A stretch of DNA of 64,000 bases from Octopus sinensis. Its lineage: Eukaryota. Position numbers and translations under genes: made by a program. The notes under the pieces are model-generated. The model searched no databases. It was not told the DNA's origin and saw only the letters and a program-made list of their open reading frames with translations. Below, in pieces: positions 25,973 to 38,705 of the stretch. How positions within the stretch are numbered: position 1 is the stretch's first letter; every line of letters begins with the position of its first letter. The DNA lies in contig NC_043000.1 in the NCBI RefSeq assembly GCF_006345805.1, positions 121,272,001-121,336,000 of the forward strand, in the 5' to 3' direction.

Positions 25973-26274
25973 GGCGGAGGCACATGGCCTAGTGGTTAGA
26001 GCAGCGGACTCGTGGTCGAGGGATCGCGGGTTCGAATCTCAGACCGGGCGATATGTGTGTTTATGAGCGAAGCACCTAAGCTCCACGCGGCTCCGGTAGA
26101 AGGTAATGGCGAATTTCTGCTGACTCTTTCGCTACAACTTTCTTTTACTCTTTCCTCTTGCATTTTGCAGCTCACTTGCGACAGAGCGGCGTCCAGTCCA
26201 GGCGGGGAACCTATACGCCAAGGAAACTGGGAAACCGGCTCTATGAGCCAGGCATGGCTTGAGAAGGAACAAAC
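25973..26274 (+). mobile_element. tRNA-derived SINE (third family) with probable 9-bp TSD
   Basis: A box tggcctagtgg and B box ggttcgaatct. aattaatac occurs at 25962-25970 and 26275-26283. Confidence 0.85.
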
Positions 26275-26637
26275 AATTAATACGTGAGAAAATGACAAAT
26301 ATAATGTAAAATTTATATGCAAATGCTCTCAGTTCAAACCTCTACGGCTCCATTACGTGATAAATTTTCACCTGTGATCCTGTAGACTTTACTTAACTAT
26401 CCGGAAGAATTAATGCAAAAGATATCTAAGCAAAGATTCTTTGGCTTTGAACTCGCCTACGCCGAATCACTATGAACTCTCAGCTACCCGCCATTTCTTG
26501 GTTTCCTGCCTGCTATATTAATTCTCTCGCCTGTATAAATATGCTACAAATGATGTGATGACTTTGGATTGCCTCTTTATAATTTATTCTGTGGGCATGA
26601 TACACACACGCACGTATATTATATATATATATATATA

Positions 26638-26679
<42 letters not shown>

Positions 26680-26964
26680 ATATATATTATACTAAGCAAT
26701 AAGGGTTAGCAACGAATTGCCTTACCACATATATATATTAAAAGTATTATAATAGTACGTAGTCCTAATTCAGAAATGAAACGCGCGTAGTCGATGTACA
26801 AGTACTTACTTTTATACATTATATTATTGTATTAATTTTTATTGTTCAATTTATACTTTATTTGATTTTAGATTAGTATTTTGTATGGTATATGTCTCAC
26901 AGCATGGTTTTGGACGGGTTCTTCATTGACTGAGTGGTGGATTGGTGGTTCGTCTCTAAATTAG

Positions 26965-27001
<37 letters not shown>

Positions 27002-29031
27002 TGGCATATGTATGAACCCGTATATGTAAAAAAAAGGAAGAGATGGAATAGATAATACATAGATAGATTTGACTTTGGTCCTTGAAGCAAATGTGTTCCT
27101 TAAAATGATTAGATGTTACTATAATCTCGTTTAAGTTACATACATTTGTAACTACTATTTTAACCTTTTTTGTTTTATTTATATTTTGTATACAAGATTC
27201 GGAATGATTGTGTTCTTGAAAGCCATATCGTTACAAATGTCCACGTACACTTAGGTACACTTATATAAAGAAGAATAAATCTTTGCGTTTCTGTGTGTAT
27301 TTAACAGATACATTTTGAAGAGGCACCTCCTACTTACATGTCTCAGAATATACGAGTTTTTCAATATGTACATTCATAACTTACTATTTCTCTATATGTA
27401 GCACTAAAGTATGAAACAGCATTTGATATTCGTCACTATTGTTTATACATCTGGGATTGATAAAATAAATGCCAGTAAAATAATTTAATTATCTGAACTA
27501 TTATTTTACAAGAATACTTTTATATATTTCGTATTTGAATTAAAAAGATATATTTGTTAATCTTTAAGTATTGAATTTATCTCAATTCGTAGCGTTATCG
27601 ATCTCTTTTAAATTACATTTCTTCACATATTTCCAATTCAAAGATCTTAGTTTTCTCTTTAAATGTTAACCGTGACATTCTAGAAGTATATGTCAGGAAA
27701 TACACAATGCTGCAGAATAAGCCACTTAGTACATAGCTTTAGAGAAACCATTTCCACTTCAACAAATAAATTATATTTTGAAATAAGTGGTTTTCCTGCA
27801 AATATATTATAAATTATTCTGGGAGGTTTTATTGAAAATGTATTCACCAAGTAATTTACACTTCATGTTCTTCCTAATTTCTCTTCAACAAGTGTCAAAC
27901 AGTGATGAAATAAAATTTGAAATAGTCACTATATTGTCGATATGGATTCCTGAAGGCTCATATTCCTTCATGATTTGTGATATGTGTGAAGGCTGATATT
28001 TTGTAAATTTGAGTGTCAGATATTTGTACATAAATGTAACCCAGAGCTCTTAACTTTAACGTGTGATTAAACGTTGAATGCATTCTCTATGCCGTTATGC
28101 TTTTCTAACACGCGCTGGTGTTTCATGTAACAGAGACTGCGGGAATATTAGTAGGTAACCATCCAGATTCTCAGAGGCATGTGTCTTCTAAAAATTATGT
28201 CAAACAGATTTATATCCAATATCATGTTTCATTATTTTCCATTCCAATGGTTAGCTGATCAAAATTTTCCTAATTACTCTTTGCTGCAGTGAGTGGCAAA
28301 TGTGCATCCAAAACAGAAGAGGCGCGGCTAGTTTGAAAATCAACGATCCCTTGTGGTAATATATAATATATAGGGATAACACATAAATATTGCATGATTT
28401 ATTTAACAAGTGTAAAGAGCCGTATGGCAGCAGAACTTCCTCAAACTTATATCATAGGCAACAACTTTTCGCCTTTCACCTGTAGTAGATTCATGACACA
28501 CATGTCACATAGAATTGTCCAAACGATAATCACGTTGCTGAGTTAAAACCTCCTAAATTATTGTTCCTTGTGGAAATGTGTCATTAAAGTAATACTTTAC
28601 TATACATATTTATTTGACCGATCTCTCAAGTGCTGATATATATATATATATATATGTATGGCCGGTGGCAAAACAGCTGTCACCAGTATTCCATGATCTC
28701 CGGTAATACATAGGAAAATGTGGACTACAAATCGTCCGCCCTGGTGGAAGCTTGCTGGCGTATATGTTTTATACGACTACGGTTTTCAACTTCCACAGTT
28801 GATCTACTATTCTTTTAGTTTTTCTCTTCCATTGTCCTCATTTTGCAGCTTGTAAAATCCATATGTTTAAAAGATGCAAACTATGGCATTCTAAACGAGA
28901 AACGCAGCAGCGAACAGATGTTTAGCAGCAGGCCTGGATTTGCCTTAGAAAAGATATTCTTCATTTGCAGATAAATTAAACATCTTCTGTAAATTTCGCA
29001 GGTATAATGTTCCTTGCTGGTTAGCAACATA

Positions 29032-29583
29032 TGGGTTGTCCGGAAAGTTCGTGCCGCTTTTTAAATGAAAGAAAAAGGTCAATAAATACTTTCCATTACA
29101 TTTTTAATCAACCAAATCTGAACGATTTTGTTGCACAATACGTCTCCATCTTTCCTTTAACTTGAAAATACCCTTTTCCAAGAATTCAGATGGTTTCATG
29201 GCAAACAATTCATCAAGGTATCTTTTTACGTCATCCAAGGAATTGAAATTTTTACCATTAAGACTATTCTGTAGAGACCTGAATAAGTGGAAATCCGAAG
29301 GAGCAATATCTGGTAAATATGGAGAGTGGGGTAATACATCACAGCCGAGCTGCAACAATTTTTGTCTGGTTCCCAAAGCATCAAGTGCCGAAAATGAACT
29401 TTCTTATCTTCTATTTTAAAGGGTTACAGAATTAACACAGTTTATAGGAACATAAAGATTCTTTCACGAAAAGATTGCTTAAACTGTGCTCTAAATGGAG
29501 GTGTAGTCAAATCCTATTTTATGTTCTAAAATAAGTGGAAAGTTAAGCTACTATAAATCGATACGAACTTTCCGGACAAACAA
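29032..29583 (-). mobile_element. Internally deleted mariner (DD34D-type) element
   Basis: Imperfect TIRs (ttgtccggaaagttcg / cgaactttccggacaa) flanked by TA. ORF 29104-29376 has PHSPYLPDIAPSDFHLFRSLQNSL. Confidence 0.92.
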
Positions 29584-30289
29584 TATGTTTGCTTTTATAT
29601 CTGCAATCAAATCCAGCGAGAATTAGGTATAGAATTGAGAATTCAATGCAGTCGAAAACCTTGAAGAGTATATTAGCTTTGCATAACAAGGTGTGTTCTC
29701 TCCTCTAAAGTACACGCTATTTTAAGTACTAAATATTTCTTGTTACGTAGTTTAAGTAAAGTAGTACACGTACTTAGATTAATTTTCGCAGTAAAACTCG
29801 ATAATTTATCAGCTGAGAAGTCAACTTATTTCAACGTACCGTTATCGGTCTGATAAACATAAAATTAAAATGAGTTATTAAACACATTTCGAGATACGTT
29901 AAAAACGATTCCCCAGTTGTGAATATCATCTCCATATATAATAATATCTGAAGGTGGCAACCTTTGAAATTTCCTTTGATGCTGAGTGAATATATTCAGT
30001 CATAGAGGGGAGATAATGAATAGCCCAGCAAGAAGCATATATTCATGCAGAGTTCAATCACTTCCATATAATTATTGAGATATAGCTGCCGAGATGTATT
30101 TACATTTATTAAAATAATTCTTCTTTGTAACTCGGCAAACTTGGCTACAGATGCTGTGCTGACAACCATCTAATGTATGTTACATGTAGTGTAGAACTCT
30201 TGAAATTGTAACCCTCCCTCTCTCTGCATCTGTCTGTCTGTCACTCTGTTTCACTGTCTCTTTGTCTCTCTGTCTCTTGCACTCTCTGC

Positions 30290-30359
<70 letters not shown>

Positions 30360-30373
30360 TTATCTATCTATCC

Positions 30374-30412
<39 letters not shown>

Positions 30413-30460
30413 ATATATATATATATATATATAATATATATAATATATATATATATATAG
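30290..30460. repeat. (TATC)n, (CT)n and (TA)n compound microsatellite
   Basis: Directly visible. Confidence 0.95.
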
Positions 30461-30487
30461 ATAAAAACATACATACATACATATGCC

Positions 30488-30712
30488 TGAGCTGGCAGAA
30501 TCGTTAGCACACCGGGCGAAATGCGTAGCCGTATTTCGTCTGCCGTTACATTCTGAGTTCAAATTCCGCCGAGGTCGACTTTGCCTTTCATCCTTCCGAG
30601 GATGATAAATAAAGTACCAATTACGCACTGGGGTCGATGTAATCGACTTAATCCCTTTGTCTGTCTTTGTTTGTCCCCTCTATGTTTAGCCCCTTGTGGG
30701 CAATAAAGAAAT
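30488..30712 (+). mobile_element. SINE family A
   Basis: Conserved head, core and tail. Confidence 0.9.
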
Positions 30713-30830
30713 ATATATTTTATATAGATAGCTAGATAAATAGAGAAATCAATAGATGTATGAATATCTGTTAATCTACTCCCCATCATTCTACACTTAC
30801 TCTAACATTTATCTATATGTGTATGATTCA

Positions 30831-31038
30831 CTTTTACTCTTTTACTTGTTTCAGTCATTTGACTGTGGCCATTCTGGAGCACCTCCTTTAGTCGAGCACA
30901 TCGACCCTAAAACTTATTTTTTGTAAGGCTAGTACTTATTCTATCGGTCTCCCTTGCCGAACCACTAAGTACGGGGACGTAAACACACCAATGTTGGAGA
31001 GGACAAACACAGACACATAAACATACACACACACACAT

Positions 31039-31075
<37 letters not shown>

Positions 31076-31239
31076 CGACGGGCTTCTTTCAGTTTCCGTC
31101 TACCAAATCCATACACAAGGCTTTGGTCGGCCCGAGGCTATAGTAGAAGACACTTGCCCAAGGTGTTACGTAGTGGGACTGAGCCGGGAACCATGTAGTT
31201 AATAATCAAGCTACTTACCACACAGCCACTCCTAGGCCT
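30831..31239 (-). mobile_element. SINE family B, full length
   Basis: Collinear with 13645-14071. Confidence 0.88.
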
Positions 31240-31254
31240 AATGATTGTGTGGAA

Positions 31255-31416
31255 TTTATAGAGAAATAGGAGACGAAGACATGCGTATTAACAACAAGGA
31301 AGTGCATTTGTTTGACGCTCGGGCAAAATGAAAAAGTCTTTTACGTTTCGACCCTACGCTCTTCAACATAACGGAATAAGAGAAAATAAACGGAGAGAGA
31401 GAGAGAGAGAAAGAGA

Positions 31417-31466
<50 letters not shown>

Positions 31467-31540
31467 TGAAAACATCTTGTTGAGGAGTTCAGCGGTCCAG
31501 CATGGCAGACGATTGGAAAGGAAGAGGTTGAATAAAAGTG
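31255..31540 (-). mobile_element. Short interspersed element carrying an HHR-like motif (31338-31370)
   Basis: Shares acgctcgg...aaagtct..acgtttcga.cctacgctctt with 25-56, 43795-44005, 44870-45045 and 61370-61510, and gagttcagcggtcca with the 43795 copy. Confidence 0.65.
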
Positions 31541-31779
31541 CTAGTGATTCAAAAAAGAGAAAGTGTGCGTGCGTGTGTGTATGTAAGAATGGTATGTCTG
31601 AGTGTATAAGTGTGTATGTGTGTATGTGTGTATAGGGGCAATAATTTGCTTATATAAAATTATCCATACACATTTAATAACTTTTTCATTAACCTCTCTT
31701 ATCCTTTTATTTTTTAACATTCCCTTTTCTCCATCCTCCAAAAAATCTTCAATCCTTCTTAGTCTACGTCTGTCCGCCT

Positions 31780-32094
31780 GCCAGGTGTTGCCCTCTTCCG
31801 CCGGAGTCACTCCATGTCGGCTTGAGATTGCCCTCCACTGCTTGTTTCGCCGTTGGGTTATAGATGATCGTGTTTGGTCGTGTTTAGGATGGAACCTCAT
31901 CCTCGACCTTGCCGCCATGGGTGGCCCTATTTGGTTGCTTTTGTCCGCCATCTCAGTCCGTGAGTTGCAGTATGGCGACGACAATGCCACTCCGAATGAA
32001 AATAGTGTTGGAAAATATATATCCGACATACGTCCAGATCGACTTACGAACGGTAAGTCGGAATGAAGCTCGGTCGTAAGTCGAGGATAAGGTG
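31780..32094 (-). mobile_element. Tigger/pogo-like DNA transposon end
   Basis: Minus strand begins TA-caccttatcctcgacttacgacc...tcgtaagtcga, a subterminal palindrome typical of Tigger-like ends. A GC-rich ORF-like segment follows. Confidence 0.5.
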
Positions 32095-33001
32095 TATATA
32101 CATACGCATACATATGTATATGTCATATGTATGTACGATATATATTTATGAACCTATGGCATTACTAATAGGATAATAACATTTAGTTTGGATCGAAGGA
32201 GACCAATTTCGTGAGTATGAAGTTCGTCTTGTTTCGGCCTAGTAATCAGTTGGTGCTTTATTTCACCGACCACAAAAATATGAATGGTTAAGTTGCCCAC
32301 AACAGGGCTTAAACTCAAAATTTATAGTTGCGGGACAAATATCACAACATATTTCTCCGACTCTCGCTGCATTGCGTTGGAGGTAATACTGGAAACAAAA
32401 TCATCTACCCATCACTTTCTCTGCAAAATTGAATATAAGTATCATTCCCGTAATGGTGTTAAATATATACCAAAATATAGAATAGGGTTTTTCTGCATGT
32501 CTACTTCGAATGTTTCAATTACAGTTTCAAACATGACATCCCTCAACGAAATATAGATTTGTATAAGAAACGGCTTTCCGTAAGAAAAGAGTTACTGTTT
32601 ATTGATGGTACGTAATCTTATGAACTAACGGTATCTACATAAAGACCACCTATTTTAAATATCAGCAGGCTGTAGACTTCTTCTTCTCCCTTAAGATGTG
32701 ATTTGTCTTCAAAATTCATCTGTTTATACCGTTTACATTTGATTATTTAGCCAGTCATACTTATTGTAATTTTCCATATTGAAGTACTTTTGTTGAGGTC
32801 ATTTCGATAGTATTTCTGCTTTGGCATTTAAATTATCATTAAAATATCATACAAAAGTGTACTTCTTGTAAATCATTTGGCTTACTACATTCAGCGACAG
32901 ACCACATGATGTAGCAATAATCACAGCCCACATTATGCACCAGCTAATATACACAATGACATATTTTTACGCGTGTATGTGGCTTTGCGCGTAGGTTCGC
33001 T

Positions 33002-33226
33002 AGACGGCGAAGTAGCAGAAACGTTAGCACGCCGGGCGAAATACTTAGCCGCCGTTACGTTCTGAGTGCAAATTACGCTAAGGTCGACTTTGCCTTTCAT
33101 AATTTCGGGGTCGATAAATTAAGTACCTGTTACGCACTGGGGTCAATGTAATCGACTTAATCCCTTTGTTTGTCCTTGTTTGTCTCCCCTCTATGTTTAG
33201 CCCCTCGTGTGCAATAAAGAAATAAG
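33002..33226 (+). mobile_element. SINE family A
   Basis: Conserved head, core and tail. Confidence 0.88.
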
Positions 33227-33238
33227 TGCATGTGCGTG

Positions 33239-33273
<35 letters not shown>

Positions 33274-33784
33274 TGCGCACGTGTGTGTGTGTATAAATAT
33301 ATACACATTTATACAGCCACATGTATATATGTGGTTGTTTTTTGGAATATCTTGATGTTAGTCGTAGCTTATTTTCAATGTCTGCATTGTCGTTCTGCTG
33401 CTGCTGTTCGCGATTGTGGTGATGGTGTTATTTGTGGTTATAATAAAAAAAAATTGCGAAAATTGTAAGGAGAAAATCATATTTACACCTAAATTGGAGA
33501 CAGTATCTGGCGCCTTGATACTATATCTGTCAATGAAGTCTTCTATAAACAGCGAAGCTGTTGTTTATACCTTTTAGCCATGGATGTTTATCAAAATGAA
33601 GATGAGTGTGGATAAAATGGCTGTGTCTTGCTAGATTAGAAAATACAGAGAGATCTATGAGGAGCTTCTTCTCTCGAGAATGTTTCGAATAAATATACAA
33701 GTATGAATAAAGAAGAGTGGATATTTTACTGTCAATGCAGAAAGATATGACGATAATAATGATGATGATGATAACAATAATAAT

Positions 33785-33849
<65 letters not shown>

Positions 33850-33852
<3 letters not shown>

Positions 33853-34800
33853 CCTAGGGTGGTATATATTAAAAGAATGCCACTGTGGAAATACACGAAC
33901 TCCGGCGTCAACAAAGCTGAATATTGTGTAATTAAAGAAAAGCTTAAAGCCTAGAAGGGAAAGAAAATGTACAGTGGGTTTGCAAGAGATGTGAACTCCG
34001 AGGCAGATATAGAGGTCCAGGGGCTATGGATGAGAAGGTGTGACCTGAAGTCAGAGATAGAATCATTCATATGCGCTGCTCAGAAACAAGGGTTACGGAC
34101 CAACTATATGAAGTGCCGAATAGACTACCAATAGCGACAAATGCAGATTATGTGGTGAGAGATGGGGAAACGTATGGCATATCGTTAGCAAATGCTCGGA
34201 ATTGGCACAACGCGAATACAAAAGATACCATGACAAAGTAGCAAGAATGATCCATTCAGAGCTCTGTTGAAATCACGGCCCACAAACAGCAAAAACGTAG
34301 TATAAGCAAACTCCAGAAGGACTCAGCGAAAATGAGAATTGCGAAATCTTTTGGGATGCAATGATCCAGTGCAATCACCTGACCAGGCATCGGCAACCGG
34401 ACATTTTTGTGGTGAATAAAATAGAAAGAATCATGTATGATAATCGACATAGCATGCCTCGGTGACAACAGGATCAATGTGAAAGTAGGATGAGAAAAAA
34501 AAGACAACTATGAGGATTTGAAGTGGGAAATAGGAAGGTTGTGGTCAGTGAAGAGAATAGACGTGATATCAATAGTAATCGGTGCACCTTGGCCGTGACA
34601 TCAATAGTAATTGGTGCACCTTGGCCGAAAAAAGACCGGTACAAATGTAAAGGGAGGACACCTACAAACATCAACATTTCTTGGAACGGCAAGAACTCTT
34701 CGCAGGATTCTTGAAGCGTGACCAGTAAACAAGTGTCACCTTTGTCAGCTAGCAGTGAATAGATGAAAATTTCCATCATACCTAGCAAAATAAGCTGTGA
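33850..34800 (+). mobile_element. R4/Dong-clade LINE 3' fragment (CCHC and restriction-like endonuclease)
   Basis: Motifs LRTNYMKCRID, KCRLCG, LAQREYKRYHDKVARMIH, RHRQPDIFVVNK, IIDIAC and YEDLKWEIGRLWS. Bounded by (AAT)n. Confidence 0.85.
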
Positions 34801-34806
34801 GTTTTC

Positions 34807-34840
<34 letters not shown>

Positions 34841-34844
<4 letters not shown>

Positions 34845-36640
34845 GTAATAATGAATACTTCGTAGTGTGCTCGAAACGTAAGAGGTGTTATCTTAGTTCA
34901 CTGGTCGTGAACAGCCGACACCGTAGTGCATCTCCAGCGTTAGAAGCTGTGCAAAGGCAATGATAATTATGATAATAATAAGTCGTAATTGACAGACTGC
35001 CCTCAGACCAGAAAATGCAAATCATGGAGAAATAAATTGTAATGAACCTGATAAAGATAGCGAAGAAAGTGGTAAGAGCAATATTTGAAAACTACACATT
35101 TCCTGAATAACATAGAGAGTCTATGATAGAACTGAAGCAAAAAATCCTGAATAAGTTGAAGTTGTAAGACACGAAGATATTGGCATGGGATTTGGGATCA
35201 AGAAATGCGGTGTAACGATCATAAAAAGAGGGAAATTCAGTAAAATCCATGGAGGTCAAACTGGAAAGTGGTGAAACTATAAGGGAAGTCGGAAAGGGTG
35301 GATATGAATACCTGGATAGCAATGAAAGAGTTAAGATTAGTGAAGACAAGATGAAAGAAAAGTACATGAAAGAGTATTTGAGGAGTACTCAGCCTCTGCT
35401 CCAATCGAAGCTAAATGAACACTGTAAGATTAGAACAATTAACGCGTGGGCTGTTGCTTTGGTGACATGCGGGGGAGGATATGGGGCATGAAGGGTGAAT
35501 TACAAGGGAGGGACCGGGGAACAGGTAAATTAATGCCAATGAACAATAATTACATTGTACAATTACAAGATTGTATGTAAAGAAGAAAGAAGGAGGACGA
35601 GGATTAGTGTTGTGAAGATTATGTAAGGAACGAGGTGAATAGCCTGGCTCGGTATGTCAAGAGGAGGGAAGAAGGATTGATTGAAGCAGCGAAAATGCAG
35701 GGAACCTTAAATTGAACGAAGTTGTAGATCCAACACATTTTAAGAAGACCAGAGAGAGCAGATGGAAATTTTGCAGGACAAGAAAAGGCACACTCGGTTC
35801 TTAAAGAATAAATATCAGATTACTTGGAATAGAGACTGGCAATGGCTGCAGAAAGGAGGCTTAAAAGGGCCCAATGAGGCATTAGTTTGCAGCGCTCAAG
35901 AACAAACTCTCAGAACAAGCTACTCCAAACATCACATTGATAAAAGTACTGCCTCGCCACAGTGTAGGATGTGTTCTGAGAAGGGAGAAAGTATAAGACA
36001 TATTGTTAGTGAGTGCTGTAAGCTCGCACAACGCGAATATAAAAGGAGGCACGACAAGGAGACAATGTGGCCAGATATGTCCACAGGTTGCTGTGTGGTA
36101 AAGCAAACCTCGACAGAGCCTAACAATGGTATGAACACAAGCCAGAGGGAGTAATGGAAAAATGACCATTACAAAATTCTCTGGGATTTTAACATTCAGT
36201 GTGACCAAGTCATAGAGGCGAGACGACAGATATCTTACTCATCCATAAAGATGAAAAAAAGTAAAGATAATATATGTTGCAATTTGAGGCGATTCGAGGT
36301 TAAAAGGTAGGAAAAAGAAAAGATTGAGAAGTACCAGCCACTGCAGGACGAGATAAGAAAGTTATGGACATGAGGGAAGTAATTGTGATACCGGTGGTAA
36401 CTGGAGCATTAGGAACAGTTTCCAAGAGTTTTGAAAAACCTGAGAATATAAGAGCTGCTATCAGTTTCGAAGTGATCCAAAGACAGAATTGCTGGGTACA
36501 GCTCGCATTCTAAGGAAAGTATTGTCTCTGAGTTACAGGAGAAGGCTCTACTTGAAACCTTCGGTGATTTGTTATTGCCTGGATTCAAGTAAAGAATAAC
36601 CAGTAACTAAGAACTACCCGAGTTTTTCATAATAGACAAG
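34841..36640 (+). mobile_element. R4/Dong-clade LINE 3' fragment, copy 1
   Basis: Motifs WQWLQKGGLKGPNEALVCSAQEQTLRT, QCRMCSEKGESIRHIVSECCKLAQREYKRRHD and LLGTARILRK. Ends in (AAT)n. Confidence 0.88.
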
Positions 36641-36686
36641 ATAATAATAATAATAATAATAATAATATAATAATAATAATAATAAT

Positions 36687-38491
36687 AACAGTAATAATGA
36701 ATACTTCGTAGTGTGCTCGAAACGTAAGAGGTGTTATCTTAGTTCACTGGTCGTGAACAGCCGACACCGTAGTGCATCTCCAGCGTTAGAAGCTGTGCAA
36801 AGGCAATGATAATTATGATAATAATAAGTCGTAATTGACAGACTGCCCTCAGACCAGAAAATGCAAATCATGGAGAAATAAATTGTAATGAACCTGATAA
36901 AGATAGCGAAGAAAGTGGTAAAGAGCAATATTTGAAAACTACACATTTCCTGAATAACATAGAGAGTCTATGATAGAACTGAAGCAAAAAATCCTGAATA
37001 AGTTTGAAGTTGTAAGACACGAAGATATTGGCATGGGATTTGGGATCAAGAAATGCGGTGTAACGATCATAAAAAGAGGGAAATTCAGTAAAATCCATGG
37101 AGGTCAAACTGGAAAGTGGTGAAACTATAAGGGAAGTCGGAAAGGGTGGATATGAATACCTGGATAGCAATGAAAGAGTTAAGATTAGTGAAGACAAGAT
37201 GAAAGAAAAGTACATGAAAGAGTATTTGAGGAGTACTCAGCCTCTGCTCCAATCGAAGCTAAATGAACACTGTAAGATTAGAACAATTAACGCGTGGGCT
37301 GTTGCTTTGGTGACATGCGGGGGAGGATATGGGGCATGAAGGGTGAATTACAAGGGAGGGACCGGGGAACAGGTAAATTAATGCCAATGAACAATAATTA
37401 CATTGTACAATTACAAGATTGTATGTAAAGAAGAAAGAAGGAGGACGAGGATTAGTGTTGTGAAGATTATGTAAGGAACGAGGTGAATAGCCTGGCTCGG
37501 TATGTCAAGAGGAGGGAAGAAGGATTGATTGAAGCAGCGAAAATGCAGGGAACCTTAAATTGAACGAAGTTGTAGATCCAACACATTTTAAGAAAGACCA
37601 GAGAGAGCAGATGGAAATTTTGCAGGACAAGAAAAGGCACACTCGGTTCTTAAAGAATAAATATCAGATTACTTGGAATAGAGACTGGCAATGGCTGCAG
37701 AAAGGAGGCTTAAAAGGGCCCAATGAGGCATTAGTTTGCAGCGCTCAAGAACAAACTCTCAGAACAAGCTACTCCAAACATCACATTGATAAAGTACTGC
37801 CTCGCCACAGTGTAGGATGTGTTCTGAGAAGGGAGAAAGTATAAGACATTTGTTAGTGAGTGCTGTAAGCTCGCACAACGCGAATATAAAAGGAGGCACG
37901 ACAAGGAGACAATGTGGCCAGATATGTCCACAGGTTGCTGTGTGGTAAAGCAAACCTCGACAGAGCCTAACAATGGTATGAACACAAGCCAGAGGGAGTA
38001 ATGGAAAAATGACCATTACAAAATTCTCTGGGATTTTAACATTCAGTGTGACCAAGTCATAGAGGCGAGACGACCAGATATCTTACTCATCCATAAAGAT
38101 GAAAAAAAGTAAAGATAATATATGTTGCAATTTGAGGCGATTCGAGGTTAAAAGGTAGGGAAAAAGAAAAGATTGAGAAGTACCAGCCACTGCAGGACGA
38201 GATAAGAAAGTTATGGGACATGAGGGAAGTAATTGTGATACCGGTGGTAACTGGAGCATTAGGAACAGTTTCCAAGAGTTTTGAAAAACCTGAGAATATA
38301 AGAGCTGCTATCAGTTTCGAAGTGATCCAAAAGACAGAATTGCTGGGTACAGCTCGCATTCTAAGGAAAGTATTGTCTCTGAGTTACAGGAGAAGGCTCT
38401 ACTTGAAACCTTCGGTGATTTGTTATTGCCTGGATTCAAGTAAAGAATAACCAGTAACTAAGAACTACCCGAGTTTTTCATAATAGACAAG
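36687..38491 (+). mobile_element. R4/Dong-clade LINE 3' fragment, copy 2 (near-identical tandem duplicate)
   Basis: Collinear with 34841-36640; the differences spotted are single-base indels. Confidence 0.88.
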
Positions 38492-38542
<51 letters not shown>

Positions 38543-38635
38543 GTGATAATAATAAGTAGCAGTAGTGGTAGTTGCAGCAGCAGTAGCAGCAGCAGTAGTA
38601 GTAGTTGTAGTAGTAGTAGTAGTAGTAATAGTAGT

Positions 38636-38705
<70 letters not shown>
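38490..38705. repeat. (AAT)n/(AGC)n/(AGT)n compound microsatellite
   Basis: Directly visible. Confidence 0.95.

Noticed and set aside
26760-26800. GAAACGCGCGTA palindrome resembling HHR stem III
   Set aside because: No recognisable CUGANGA/UUGANAA core upstream.
31972-32058. Apparent first coding exon (agtATGG...MATTMPLRMK...acg|gtaagt)
   Set aside because: The gtaagt belongs to the cgacttac/gtaagtcg palindromes of a Tigger-like transposon end, which explains the GC-rich segment more simply.
34860-34885. GCTCGAAACGTAAGAG (also near 36715), like the 3' half of the HHR-like family
   Set aside because: The 5' core and stem II partner are absent.
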